Of a DNA stretch of 64,000 bases, positions 19,733 through 30,756 are shown piece by piece. The stretch comes from an uncultured archaeon (lineage in GTDB: Archaea; Thermoplasmatota; Penumbrarchaeia; JASLWR01). The translations under genes were made by a program, and so were the position numbers. Numbering within the stretch: the first letter of the stretch is position 1; each line of letters begins with the position of its first letter. The notes under the pieces were generated by a model, which worked only from the letters and a program-made list of their open reading frames with translations, was not told where the DNA came from and made no database searches. The DNA lies in contig CAYSHM010000001.1 in NCBI GenBank assembly GCA_964430885.1, positions 187,280 through 251,279 of the forward strand, read 5' to 3'.

Positions 19733-22700
19733 TTGGTGATACCTATGAAAGGTGCCTGGAATAATAATCCAACAGCGGTAAGCAGGGCAAGCTTCCGAAG
19801 ACGTATTACTGTATATTATTTTGTATTCATGCTAATTTTCACAGGTTACAACTTCTTTAGCTTTGAAATAACGCCAGTTTTGGCCCAAGGTCCGGAAGAC
19901 TACACCATTCCTGAAGGAGATGTTTTTTATTTGGATGATCTGGTTACCTATTCAAACGGTAGTGTGACCAATGACACCAATGTTTTCATTGTTCATTCCA
20001 ATATTACATTACCCTGGAACTCCACACTGAAAATCAATTCAAGTACAGTTCTGAAATTTAATACTGGTAAATCCATGTTTGTCTGGGGCAAGCTGATAAT
20101 TGACGGTCAACCCGGATCACATGTTTACGTCACATCGAATTCCTCTCAGCCTTTCAAGGGTATAAGGATATTGAGCAACACAACGACCTCTTATATAAAT
20201 AACACAATCATCAATAATGCTACTGAACCCCTGGTTCTCATAAACACCACACTTGAGCTCTTAAATATTACAATAGATACTTCAGCTGAAAACGCGATTT
20301 CGATTTATAATAGTACATTTGTTTTCAATGATGGTTTGGTGAACGGCAGCGGTACCGGAATCCTTGGTGATATGGTAAATGATATTACCATAAAGAATGT
20401 GACCTTCTCGAATTTGGCGGCCGGTATACAAATCAACGATTTTCTGCTGAATGCCACCCTTGATATAATGGATATTAATATGTATAATATTACTTCCAGG
20501 GGACTTCAGACCAATTCGAATTTTAATTATAGTATTCTAATATCCACCCTTAACATATCCGATGCCGGGCACGGCCTCTCTTTGATTGGAGGAAATTTTA
20601 CTATGGCAAATTCCACCGTTACAGGGAAGGGCGACGGAATGGGAATGGAAGTTCAGGATCTAATTGCTATGGCTGGATTTAATATTTCCATTGAGGGATT
20701 TGATACTGGTGTCCAGGCGAAGAATATTTCGTGGTGCCATATTGATATGATCACATTACAAAACCTTACGAATGGCGTTTTATTGAAGGAAATGAACAAC
20801 ACAGGCATCAGTAATGTTACAATATCACAGATTTCTTCGGCCGGTATCGGTGTCAACGCATCTCGAGAAATAAATTTACTTGGTTTGGACATATCCGATT
20901 GCCCTTTTGGAGTTCATTTCAAATCCAGTATCAATATTAACATCGGCAATGCAGTGATAGGGGACACACAGTATGGAATAGCTTTTTTGGATTCAGAGGG
21001 AATAAATCTAGAAGAAATTGATATTGATGATGCTACATTTTCTGGAATCCACATACAAAATAGTTCCGTGGAGGCTTGGATGGGTATATCCATAAACAAT
21101 ACTTCAGACGGTATAATTGGTGAGCGGGTTACTGATTTCTACATTGAGCAATTCCATAGCGTATTCATTACCAACTGCAGCAACTATGGGTATGAATTCT
21201 TCAACAGCAGTATGATAAATATCTCAGGCCAGTCTCTTTGGAATGATATTGGGGGTGGAGTTCATTATAAGAACGTATCCAGCATTAATATTATGGATAT
21301 GGAGGTTTATACTCCTTTATCCTATCCGGTCAATATAAATAACACTCTTTCCCCCTTGGCCCAGGCAAATATTCAGGATTCTCATATACTCAACGGGTCA
21401 GGCGGCATACTGTTAAGAGGCAATATGACCGATAGAACAAGTGTAAGAATCACCAATACTACCTTTTCGGATTACGGAGAGGAGTATCTTAACGCAACAA
21501 ATGCAAATATTACGAGCCTGAACAGCACCTTTGTCCAAGAAGAGATTTGGCTGAATTATTCGAATATGTACATCGAATTTTTCCTTAACGCGGACATATC
21601 CAATCTCTGCGGGACTGATCTGCTCATGAACAATATTACTGTGATCGCTTCGGACAACATAACAAAGCAGGTATACCCTGGAAATAACCTGGGAGAATAT
21701 AGGTGGCTCAACATCACATTTGGAATGATCAACGCTACAAATACCACAAATTATACCTTTTACAGCCCACTGACCGTTCATCCCCAGGAAATCGGTTATG
21801 AAGGGGATAACGAGACCATATCACAATTCCAGAATCATCATTTGTCATTCTCCATGAGGGATATTATGGCTCCCATGACCGAGTACATGATCAAACACTT
21901 TGTTGGGACGGTCACCTATATCCTAAACGAGACATCGACAATATCCTTGATAGCTGACGATACTGGGGGTTGCGGGGGCTGTACAATATTCTACAATATT
22001 AATTGGTCCCAGGGAGAGACGGGGATCATGCCCTACGCAGGAAATATAACGCCCTACAATTCAAGTGGAGAGGTAGAGGGCAATTATACCATGGAATTCT
22101 ACTCGAGAGATTCTGCTGGGAATACCGAGGAGACCCAGATATTACACCTATACGTCGATACATCTCCCCCTCTCCTGAACGATGTTGATATCAAGGATGG
22201 TTACAGGGATGATATTGCTCATATCTGGAATCTTTCGAGTACATCGGAGATCACCCTGAACTATACCGACGTTTCAGATATCTTATATTACTGGTATTAT
22301 ATAAATGGGATTTATTATCAGTCTCCATTCCCCACTTTTATCATTGCCAGCGAATTCATGGGGATCCCCGATGGCACCTATACGATAATGTTCGGTGCAA
22401 TGGATAATCTCGGTCACAACACCACCGGAGCAAATATAACTATTGTATTGGACAATACTGCCCCGGAAGTGATTGAATGGTTCTCACATTCCATCGTGGA
22501 CCTGGATGATTCACAGTTCTTTGTCGCGAATTCAACTGTATTCAATCTCACTGGAACCGATGCACTATGCGGTTTAAAAAGGATATATTTTAGACTGGAT
22601 GGATATGATTATGATTATACGGTGAACTTGACCATCGGCGATATGGTTTCAGGGATGGATATTGGGGATAGGGAGGGAGCCCATATTCTTCTTATAGGCG

Positions 22701-25246
22701 CAGAAGATAACTTGGGAAATATGGGCTTTTCAGAATACGTCCGCCCCACTAATAAATTCATACTGGATACTACAGCACCGGTAGTTGTAAAATCCATTGT
22801 CGGCGAGACCCACGAATTTGCTGAAACGGGATTTTTGCATATCAGGCCATCAGGTGCGATACTTTTGAGCAGTTCAGACCTTGAAGATGAAAACCCTCAA
22901 TGCGGAGTATTAAAAACTTGGTATTCTGTAGACGGCCAGTACAGCGAAGGTGAACTTATTGACCTTGAAAGGATGGAGGCGGGTTTAAGGAACATAACTA
23001 TCGGTGCGGAGGATAATTTGGGTAACAACGGCACTTCCGAAGAATTTTCAATAATCATAGATGAGGACACCCCCCTCCCACCCGCATTTGAACTATCCAC
23101 TAACCTTACCAGATTTGAGAATCTTCTTATAGAAGGTGTAATACCCCTGGATTCAATTCTTACTGTAATCGTGAACTATGATTATGACAATCCCTACACT
23201 GCGGCCCCTGATTCCAGAGCAGGAGGTCAATTCTCAATTTATGTTGTTCTGCAGCTGGGAGAAAATACAATAATAGCTCAATTGGAGGATCCCTTTGGAA
23301 GAACATCTCAATGGTCGGACCCGCAAAAAGCGGTATTGGATCAGGATGCACCCGTTATTGTGGGGACCGTTCCCGAAATGAATGAGACCGATGTTTCCAT
23401 CCAGACGCCGATTGAGATTGAGTTTGATGAATCAGTGAGCGATGTTACTATTGAACTGTTCTACAGGTACAGGTCTCAAGGATCTCCCAGCACTTGGGAG
23501 GTTGTGGACGGGTCAACGGTATACAGTTCCGGGGATACATCAGTGTTCTTCATTCCCGATTCCCCCCTCCAGAAGGAAGTGGGATACAGGGTTGAAACAA
23601 CAGTCAAGGATATTGCCGGCAATTTCGGAGATGTATATTTATTCGATAGATTTGACAGTTCATCCTATAGTTTCAAGACTGAACCCAAACAGCACAACTA
23701 CCTTGAAACTAAATATCTGGGAATTCATATTTTGAAGATTGATTATTCTAGGGTGGGCGAGGCGATACCACATAACCAATTAATAACTGAATTGGATGTT
23801 CCCCACTCTCCGCCAGCGGATAACTTGACTTTGGATGTTTATTTCTCAGTGAACTTTGACCTTGCGGTGTCAGTTGCGGATATCATATTGGATTATGAGC
23901 TCCGGCAGACATCCTCAGATAATGATATCTATGACAAATATCAGCTTGGATTGTGTGATCTTGGAGAACTTACCTTTTTTTATATTAATAATGGAACCTG
24001 GAAAGAGCTTAATACACTGCATGAGGTGGATGGAGAGATCAAGTATCAGTGGGATAGTCAAACCGGATATTCCCTTGTGATGGGAGTTTTTGTCCGCGAT
24101 CTAGATTGGGACGGGGATCAATATAGGAATGAAGATGATCTTTATCCCAGGAATCCCAATGAATGGATGGATGCTGACGGGGATGGTTTCGGTGATAATA
24201 TTGCTGATCGTTTCCCTGGAAATATGGATTATTGGGCGGACTCCGATGACGACGGTCTGCCGGATAATTGGGAACGGATTTTCGGATTGGACCCAAAAGA
24301 CAGCGGGGATGGGATTGAGGATCTTGACGGTGACGGAATGCCCAACAACAAGGAGTTCCTGAACTCCACTTATCCCAATAATTATGATTCGGATAATGAT
24401 AGTATTCCCGACGGTTGGGAATGGAACAATGGGTTTGACCCACTGGATTCATCCGATTCCCTGTTGGATAGTGATGGAGATGGAGCTACGAATCTGGAGG
24501 AGTATTTATCCGGAAGGAACCCGAATGTCAGTGATGTCCCCAAGGAGAAGAAAGAAGGCACCGATCCCGTTGCTGTCACCTTGATAGTATTATCCATTAT
24601 CACGCTGCTTGCTGTTTTAGTATACACCTTGATAACTAGGAAAAAGAGAATGTCAGTGATGAAACAGGAGTCGGGCCCAAAATATTTCAGGCTGGAAGAC
24701 CTTGGTGAAATAGAGTATCCCGAGGATATATCATGGGGAGGCGGAAGGATCCGTCATGATCAGAAACCCCTTGAGGTCTATGACCTGGACTATTTGAAGA
24801 ATATAGGGATCACAACAGGCGAGGACATCTATGGAAGGCCGAAGGATGTTTCAGGCAGACAAGTGCCCTATCCATACCGGGTTAGGGGTCCTGCAAGGGC
24901 ATATTTCGATGATGATGACATATTCACAGCCCCTATATTCGAATGCTCCAATTGCGGGGAGACGGTGGGAATTGATGATAAGGAATGCGATGGCTGCGGA
25001 AGGGAATTCCAGGAAGATATTGAACCGGAGAAGGGATTGGAAAAGGAAGAGCTTGAAAAACTTCTATCCGCCTTGGAATCCTTCACCTGCTCGGAATGCG
25101 GAGAAGAAGTTGGACTCGACGATAACAAGTGCCCAGAATGTGATTCAGTATTTGCCGGAGCGGATGAGATGGTTTGTTCAGGTTGCGTAGCAGTTGTAAA
25201 AGGGAATGCGGAAAGCTGCCCAGAATGTGAAGCAGAGTTTGAATAA
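19733..25246 (+). CDS. Very large surface protein: beta-helix, Ig-like repeats, Ca-binding DxDxDG (TSP3-like) repeats, TM helix, cytoplasmic tail with three double-CxxC Zn ribbons
   Basis: Signal peptide; Asn/Ile-rich beta-helix; D..GN...LD..AP repeats; DSDDDGLPDNWE..GLDP repeats; TM followed by RKKR; CSNC..CDGC, CSEC..CPEC, CSGC..CPEC. Confidence 0.85.
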   Translation: MVIPMKGAWNNNPTAVSRASFRRRITVYYFVFMLIFTGYNFFSFEITPVLAQGPEDYTIPEGDVFYLDDLVTYSNGSVTNDTNVFIVHSNITLPWNSTLKINSSTVLKFNTGKSMFVWGKLIIDGQPGSHVYVTSNSSQPFKGIRILSNTTTSYINNTIINNATEPLVLINTTLELLNITIDTSAENAISIYNSTFVFNDGLVNGSGTGILGDMVNDITIKNVTFSNLAAGIQINDFLLNATLDIMDINMYNITSRGLQTNSNFNYSILISTLNISDAGHGLSLIGGNFTMANSTVTGKGDGMGMEVQDLIAMAGFNISIEGFDTGVQAKNISWCHIDMITLQNLTNGVLLKEMNNTGISNVTISQISSAGIGVNASREINLLGLDISDCPFGVHFKSSININIGNAVIGDTQYGIAFLDSEGINLEEIDIDDATFSGIHIQNSSVEAWMGISINNTSDGIIGERVTDFYIEQFHSVFITNCSNYGYEFFNSSMINISGQSLWNDIGGGVHYKNVSSINIMDMEVYTPLSYPVNINNTLSPLAQANIQDSHILNGSGGILLRGNMTDRTSVRITNTTFSDYGEEYLNATNANITSLNSTFVQEEIWLNYSNMYIEFFLNADISNLCGTDLLMNNITVIASDNITKQVYPGNNLGEYRWLNITFGMINATNTTNYTFYSPLTVHPQEIGYEGDNETISQFQNHHLSFSMRDIMAPMTEYMIKHFVGTVTYILNETSTISLIADDTGGCGGCTIFYNINWSQGETGIMPYAGNITPYNSSGEVEGNYTMEFYSRDSAGNTEETQILHLYVDTSPPLLNDVDIKDGYRDDIAHIWNLSSTSEITLNYTDVSDILYYWYYINGIYYQSPFPTFIIASEFMGIPDGTYTIMFGAMDNLGHNTTGANITIVLDNTAPEVIEWFSHSIVDLDDSQFFVANSTVFNLTGTDALCGLKRIYFRLDGYDYDYTVNLTIGDMVSGMDIGDREGAHILLIGAEDNLGNMGFSEYVRPTNKFILDTTAPVVVKSIVGETHEFAETGFLHIRPSGAILLSSSDLEDENPQCGVLKTWYSVDGQYSEGELIDLERMEAGLRNITIGAEDNLGNNGTSEEFSIIIDEDTPLPPAFELSTNLTRFENLLIEGVIPLDSILTVIVNYDYDNPYTAAPDSRAGGQFSIYVVLQLGENTIIAQLEDPFGRTSQWSDPQKAVLDQDAPVIVGTVPEMNETDVSIQTPIEIEFDESVSDVTIELFYRYRSQGSPSTWEVVDGSTVYSSGDTSVFFIPDSPLQKEVGYRVETTVKDIAGNFGDVYLFDRFDSSSYSFKTEPKQHNYLETKYLGIHILKIDYSRVGEAIPHNQLITELDVPHSPPADNLTLDVYFSVNFDLAVSVADIILDYELRQTSSDNDIYDKYQLGLCDLGELTFFYINNGTWKELNTLHEVDGEIKYQWDSQTGYSLVMGVFVRDLDWDGDQYRNEDDLYPRNPNEWMDADGDGFGDNIADRFPGNMDYWADSDDDGLPDNWERIFGLDPKDSGDGIEDLDGDGMPNNKEFLNSTYPNNYDSDNDSIPDGWEWNNGFDPLDSSDSLLDSDGDGATNLEEYLSGRNPNVSDVPKEKKEGTDPVAVTLIVLSIITLLAVLVYTLITRKKRMSVMKQESGPKYFRLEDLGEIEYPEDISWGGGRIRHDQKPLEVYDLDYLKNIGITTGEDIYGRPKDVSGRQVPYPYRVRGPARAYFDDDDIFTAPIFECSNCGETVGIDDKECDGCGREFQEDIEPEKGLEKEELEKLLSALESFTCSECGEEVGLDDNKCPECDSVFAGADEMVCSGCVAVVKGNAESCPECEAEFE

Positions 25247-25350
25247 AACTATTATTTCATAGATATAAGATCATAATAATTCACTTCGAAAGTTAATGTT
25301 ACATTGATGATGTGGAATGATGATGTATCAAAGTACTTGGGAGGCTATGA

Positions 25351-28300
25351 ATGAGTGTTACCAAAGATTTGTTTAAAAGCAAGATGAGGTATAATGGAAT
25401 TTTATCAGTTAAAAAGGATTTAGTGGCATATATTATGCTCGTAGCCTTGATTTTGAATCCTTTATTCCTTGTCATATCAACTGATTTCGCAGGAGCCGAT
25501 GATGTGGAACCTCCTGCTCAGAAAACATTTTATTTCAGAGATCCCGGTCAGTTATCAGAGGATGCACCCTTTGAAGCGGTCCATCAGGTTTTGACCATTC
25601 CCCGCTCATTACCTCGAAACCAATGGAGAGAAGTAGGAACCTGGTCCTATGTTGTACCTGAGGAAAGAGCCGGAGTTCAAGGCGTTGCGACCTACTCTTA
25701 TACCGTAAAGAACGCGGCAGCTACACCTGTCCCACAGCTTGAACTGAATTTCACACTAAAAGCGGATAATGCTGTGATCGAAGAAACTGTTGTGACCCTC
25801 CGAGCCCTGGCCCCGGGACGAGCCAGAACGTATACCGCTTCTTCAAATATTCCTCAAACCTATCTTACTAGAGACAAATCACTTATCGTCCAGTTATCTG
25901 CAAGGACCCCCAGCAATGATCTTAGGTTCTTTTATGACTCTAGATTTTTTGATACGGCGCTTTCCATTGATTATTCTGAAGCCAATTTTCTACCCGCGGT
26001 CAATGCTGGAAACGATGTAACAGTAAGGGAAGGAACAATGGTGGACCTGCAGGGAACTGCTTCTGATCAGGATGGCAATATTGTTCAGTATCAGTGGGAT
26101 TTCGAGGGTGATGGAATTTTTGATTGGAGCTCCCAGAGAACAGGTTATACTTCCCATATGTACGGGATTCCCGGAGTGTTCACTGCCACCCTGAAAGTGA
26201 CTGACGATGACAATGGTACGGCAGAGGATTCCTTGGTAGTTACGGTAAATCGAAATCAGATACCTACAGTCACTATAGATTCCCCTGATGACGGTCAGGA
26301 GGTTAACGGAAGCATAGTGATAACAGGAACTGCACATGATTCTGATGGAACGATTCAGGATGTTTGGTTATCCTTTGACGGTGGAAATTGGCACAGGGCG
26401 GTAGGTACGGCCAATTGGACCGCAGTGTGGGATACCACCTTGGTGGTTGAAGGGATTCATGTGATATCAGTCAGAACCAATGATTCCATCGATTATTCCG
26501 AGGTCGTGTCCATCCAGGTCTTGGTCAACAACAGCGGGGTGAATCCTCGGCCTGTATGTGATATAATATCAATATTGCCTAATCCTGCCTTCAAGCTTGA
26601 CAGGGTTGAGTTCATAGGTGACGGTACTGATGATGGACAGATAGTCACCTGGCGCTGGACCTCCTCCATTGACGGAGTGATCTCCTCAGAACAGAGTTTC
26701 CTGTCTTCAAACCAGCCTTCTTTGACTCCGGGGAATCACACCATATATCTTAGGGTCAAGGATAATAACGGCACTTGGTCCGATTCGGTTTCCGAAGAAC
26801 TGGTTATTTGGGAGTATTCTCGTCCACATCAGATAACTGAAGACCCCAACCAGGATAGACATTCATCCACGATTAATGATGAGGGAGGAGTTTTTTGGAG
26901 TGCCTGGACATCTAAAAGGGATGGGGATTGGGATATCTATGTGAAAAGCTCAATAAACGGTGTTGATTGGGCAGACATCATCAAGATCACCAATAATTCC
27001 TTTTCTGACACGGAACCCAGTATGATACAGCTGGCAAACAGAACCTACGTTATTGCCTATGCGAGCGATGTCCAAGGCAGTTATGATATATATGTTCAGT
27101 ATTCAAGATGGGGCGGCTATTGGTCAGAACCCGTTAGGGTAACGGATTCACCTTTGGATGAAAGAGAACCTTTTATCTTTCAAAGGTCTGACGGTAAGAT
27201 ATTCCTGGCCTACACTGTAGATGAGCCTGCGCCAGTTGGATCAACAATTATGATCAAGAAGGGCAACAATATTTTCACATATCCTTCCACAAAGACAGCT
27301 GTTACAGGAATGCCCATGAATATCCAGCCGGTCCTGACCGAGAACACTGATGGAAATATTTCTATTCTGTTCAGCAGTGATAGGTCCGGCAATTATGAGA
27401 TATGGGAGACCATCTTTGTGAATGATTTCAATTTCACAACACCCCGAAGAATATCATTCACAATTCTCGATAATTATTACCCCTTTATTTTCAAGGATTC
27501 TTCATCGGTTTACCGGCTTGTTTATTCGGATTCCAACGGTGATATACATTCCTGGAAATCACAGGATGTTGTCAATTTCGGCGATTACGAAGCAATAAAT
27601 ACCGAACAGGAAAACTCGGTGGACTCGTGTCTCCTTCAGGATGGGGATGGCAGTTACTGGTTGACATGGGATAGCGATGACAGCGGAAATTGGGAGGTGT
27701 ACTCCTTGACATTTGCAGGGAATTCCCCTCCGCATGCCATCATCACATCACCCATCGAGGGAGAGAGTTATTTCACTTCCGACAGTATCGAGTTCGACGG
27801 GAGCGATACCTATGATCCTGACGGCGATGAGGAATTGGATACATATCTATGGGAGTCGGATAGATCCGGAGAGCTGTCCACATCTGTAACCTTCCAGCAG
27901 AATCTTGAAGAGGGTATGCATAATATCACTCTTACGGTTACCGACACGAAGGAGGCAAGCTCACGGGCTGAAGTGACCATAACGGTGACAATGATCCCCA
28001 ATTCACCACCTACGGCTGATGCGGGAGATGATAAATCCGGGAAGGTAAATGAGGACATTAGTTTCGACGGGAGCGCATCCACGGATCCTGACGGCGATAC
28101 TCTCTCTTATCATTGGGATTTTGACGGCGACGGTATTTGGGATGACCACAACAAGACCACAACTCATGCTTTTGAACAGGTTGGCACGTATTATATTGCA
28201 TTGATGGTAGAGGACACAAGCGGTGCAAATGACACGGATAATATGACAGTTACGATAGTAGAAAATCTTCCGCCGACTGCATTGATAACCATTATTGATG

Positions 28301-30627
28301 CGGGAGATCCTCCTTTGGTTAATGTGAATACAACCATAGATTTCGACGCTTCATCTTCCAGCGATCCGGATGATGAGACACTCTACTACAGCTGGGATTT
28401 TAACGGCGACGGAGAAGAGGATTCCCAAAGCAGCGACCCCTCCCACAAATACACTGAACCAGGGGTATATACGGTTACACTTACGGTGACTGATCCCTAT
28501 GAAGCCAATGCCACGGACAGCGTGGAGATTACTATAAATAAACCTCCGGTTGCCAGAATGGAGGGCTCGGAAACGGGATATTCAGGTGAAGAAATTACAT
28601 TCAACGGAGCAGCTTCTTCCGATGAAGACGATGATCTCCTCACCTATGAATGGGATTTCCAGAGCGATGGTGAAATAGATGGTCAAGGTGTTGAGGTCAC
28701 GCATATATTTGAGGAGGCAGGAGAGTATATTGTTGTCCTTTGGGTATTTGACGGAAGAGGCGGAAAGGATACTGCAGAATTGGAGATAGTGATAGGAGTA
28801 AGGAACACCCATCCAGTAGCTCATGCGGGTGAAGATTTCATGGTGAATCTGGATGTGGAATTCCAGTTTAACGGGACTCTATCCTACGATCCTGATGATG
28901 ATATTGGCGGAAACGGAAAGATAGACGGTGATGAGGTTGACAATCTAACCTACAGCTGGAATGCTGGAGATAGTGATATGGTCACTGGGATAATGGCTGA
29001 GCATTCCTATGCGAAAGCCGGGGAGTTCATTGCAATGCTCACGGTAACCGATGCTGACGGCCTTGAGGCCCATGACAATGTAACAGTTACGGTAAATACG
29101 CCTCCGGAAGCTGCATTGAACTTGGAAACTACCGGTGATATATTCGAGGATGAGCAGCTCTCGTTCTCAGCCGCGGATTCAAGCGACGCCGATGGTGATA
29201 CTCTATCCTATTATTGGGACTTTGATTCATCTGATGGAGCGAGTGCTGACCTAGATCCCGATTCCATCAAGGAATCACCCACACATATATATGAGGAACC
29301 CGGGACCTTTACGGTAACTTTGATAGTTGATGATGGCAGGGGCGGAAATAGTACAATATCAATAGATGTGGTCATAAAGGAGATTGAGGAAGAGGTGGAA
29401 CTGGATACTCCGTCCATAACCATTACTGATCCCGATGATGGAGATAAAATAGCATCCTCCGTCCGTAAGATAACGGTGACCTGTACGGCTGAAGGAGATT
29501 TTATTGATAAGCTTATAGTTTATCTGCTGAAAGGCGATGATGAAGAATACAAGAAAGAGTTCACCTCAGGGTTTGATGAGATTTCAGTTGAGATCAACAA
29601 GCCTAGCCAACCAGGAGATTACGAGATTTTCGTTGAACTCATCAGCAAGGATCATTCATCCTATTATGCTTGGGCTTCGGTCAATATTACCGTATCCCAG
29701 ACCATTAGACCGAATACTGGCGGCGGTGATGAAGAGACCGATGAAGGCGTCAAGTTGATCCCGTTCCTGCCAGCAGGGGCCGTTGCACAATATGGAAGCA
29801 TTGCGGTGGTAGTTGTAATTTTGATATTGGTAATATTCTTTGGCGTCATCAGAAGGAAAAAGAGGGGGAACGAAAGTGATGATGAAGCTGATGAAGATAT
29901 TATGGAGGTGGAGGTAGTTGAGGCCGAGCCCTTAGAAGAGGAGTATGAGATCACTCCTGAGGATATTAGGGCAAGGATGGAACCTTTAACCCAAATAATA
30001 TTATGTCCGGAATGCGATAATACATTTGAGGTGAAGGATTTCGGAGAGCGTCCAATGGTCATGGAGTGTTCCTGCGGTGCCAAAGGACAGGTGGATACGC
30101 CAGTTCCAGATTTGTTGAAAGTGCGTATGGAAAATATCAGGGAAGAGCTGGAATCCGAACTTCGGGGTGCCCATGAGAAGGACGGCGTAAAGGTGAAGAT
30201 CAGATGCCCTGAGTGCCAGGCCGCTTTCAATGTGAAGGAGAGAACCGATATCGAATGTCCTGAATGCAGTGCAAAGGGTGATATACCTCAATCCGAGTTC
30301 GACAGGTTGGTTGAACGTGCTAAAAAGAAGGATTCCCCGAATGATTCATCAAAGGATTCTCAGTCCGATGAAGGAGAAGGTTCAGCAGATAAGCGGCCTG
30401 ACACCTCGATAGATAGTTCTCCTGAAAAAACATCCTCGGATGATGAAGATCAATCAGGCAGCAAGGATGATAAGGATGAAGAAGAAAAGGATTCCGATGA
30501 TGATGAATCCGGAGATTCATCCACAATTAAGGTTGAATGTCCCAAATGCTCCACCGAATTTCAGGTGGATTCTTCAGCAAAGAAGATCAAATGTCCTAGC
30601 TGCGGTGCCAAGGGAAAAATGGGTTAG
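25351..30627 (+). CDS. Large surface protein: PKD and Ig-like domains, beta-propeller, TM helix, cytoplasmic Zn ribbons
   Basis: Multiple S.DPDGD.L.Y.WDF.GDG PKD repeats; propeller repeats (SKRDGDWDIY, SDRSGNYEIW); TM followed by RRKKR; three CxxC ribbons. Confidence 0.87.
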   Translation: MSVTKDLFKSKMRYNGILSVKKDLVAYIMLVALILNPLFLVISTDFAGADDVEPPAQKTFYFRDPGQLSEDAPFEAVHQVLTIPRSLPRNQWREVGTWSYVVPEERAGVQGVATYSYTVKNAAATPVPQLELNFTLKADNAVIEETVVTLRALAPGRARTYTASSNIPQTYLTRDKSLIVQLSARTPSNDLRFFYDSRFFDTALSIDYSEANFLPAVNAGNDVTVREGTMVDLQGTASDQDGNIVQYQWDFEGDGIFDWSSQRTGYTSHMYGIPGVFTATLKVTDDDNGTAEDSLVVTVNRNQIPTVTIDSPDDGQEVNGSIVITGTAHDSDGTIQDVWLSFDGGNWHRAVGTANWTAVWDTTLVVEGIHVISVRTNDSIDYSEVVSIQVLVNNSGVNPRPVCDIISILPNPAFKLDRVEFIGDGTDDGQIVTWRWTSSIDGVISSEQSFLSSNQPSLTPGNHTIYLRVKDNNGTWSDSVSEELVIWEYSRPHQITEDPNQDRHSSTINDEGGVFWSAWTSKRDGDWDIYVKSSINGVDWADIIKITNNSFSDTEPSMIQLANRTYVIAYASDVQGSYDIYVQYSRWGGYWSEPVRVTDSPLDEREPFIFQRSDGKIFLAYTVDEPAPVGSTIMIKKGNNIFTYPSTKTAVTGMPMNIQPVLTENTDGNISILFSSDRSGNYEIWETIFVNDFNFTTPRRISFTILDNYYPFIFKDSSSVYRLVYSDSNGDIHSWKSQDVVNFGDYEAINTEQENSVDSCLLQDGDGSYWLTWDSDDSGNWEVYSLTFAGNSPPHAIITSPIEGESYFTSDSIEFDGSDTYDPDGDEELDTYLWESDRSGELSTSVTFQQNLEEGMHNITLTVTDTKEASSRAEVTITVTMIPNSPPTADAGDDKSGKVNEDISFDGSASTDPDGDTLSYHWDFDGDGIWDDHNKTTTHAFEQVGTYYIALMVEDTSGANDTDNMTVTIVENLPPTALITIIDAGDPPLVNVNTTIDFDASSSSDPDDETLYYSWDFNGDGEEDSQSSDPSHKYTEPGVYTVTLTVTDPYEANATDSVEITINKPPVARMEGSETGYSGEEITFNGAASSDEDDDLLTYEWDFQSDGEIDGQGVEVTHIFEEAGEYIVVLWVFDGRGGKDTAELEIVIGVRNTHPVAHAGEDFMVNLDVEFQFNGTLSYDPDDDIGGNGKIDGDEVDNLTYSWNAGDSDMVTGIMAEHSYAKAGEFIAMLTVTDADGLEAHDNVTVTVNTPPEAALNLETTGDIFEDEQLSFSAADSSDADGDTLSYYWDFDSSDGASADLDPDSIKESPTHIYEEPGTFTVTLIVDDGRGGNSTISIDVVIKEIEEEVELDTPSITITDPDDGDKIASSVRKITVTCTAEGDFIDKLIVYLLKGDDEEYKKEFTSGFDEISVEINKPSQPGDYEIFVELISKDHSSYYAWASVNITVSQTIRPNTGGGDEETDEGVKLIPFLPAGAVAQYGSIAVVVVILILVIFFGVIRRKKRGNESDDEADEDIMEVEVVEAEPLEEEYEITPEDIRARMEPLTQIILCPECDNTFEVKDFGERPMVMECSCGAKGQVDTPVPDLLKVRMENIREELESELRGAHEKDGVKVKIRCPECQAAFNVKERTDIECPECSAKGDIPQSEFDRLVERAKKKDSPNDSSKDSQSDEGEGSADKRPDTSIDSSPEKTSSDDEDQSGSKDDKDEEEKDSDDDESGDSSTIKVECPKCSTEFQVDSSAKKIKCPSCGAKGKMG

Positions 30628-30756
30628 ATTTGCAGGTGAACTGCATTGAATCTAAATGCGGGAGTATTAAAATGTGAAAACCAGAAGGTTTGATGATAGA
30701 TTAAGAGGGAATGAAAGGTGCAGGGATATAAAATTCAGTAATATTAACTCTGAAGA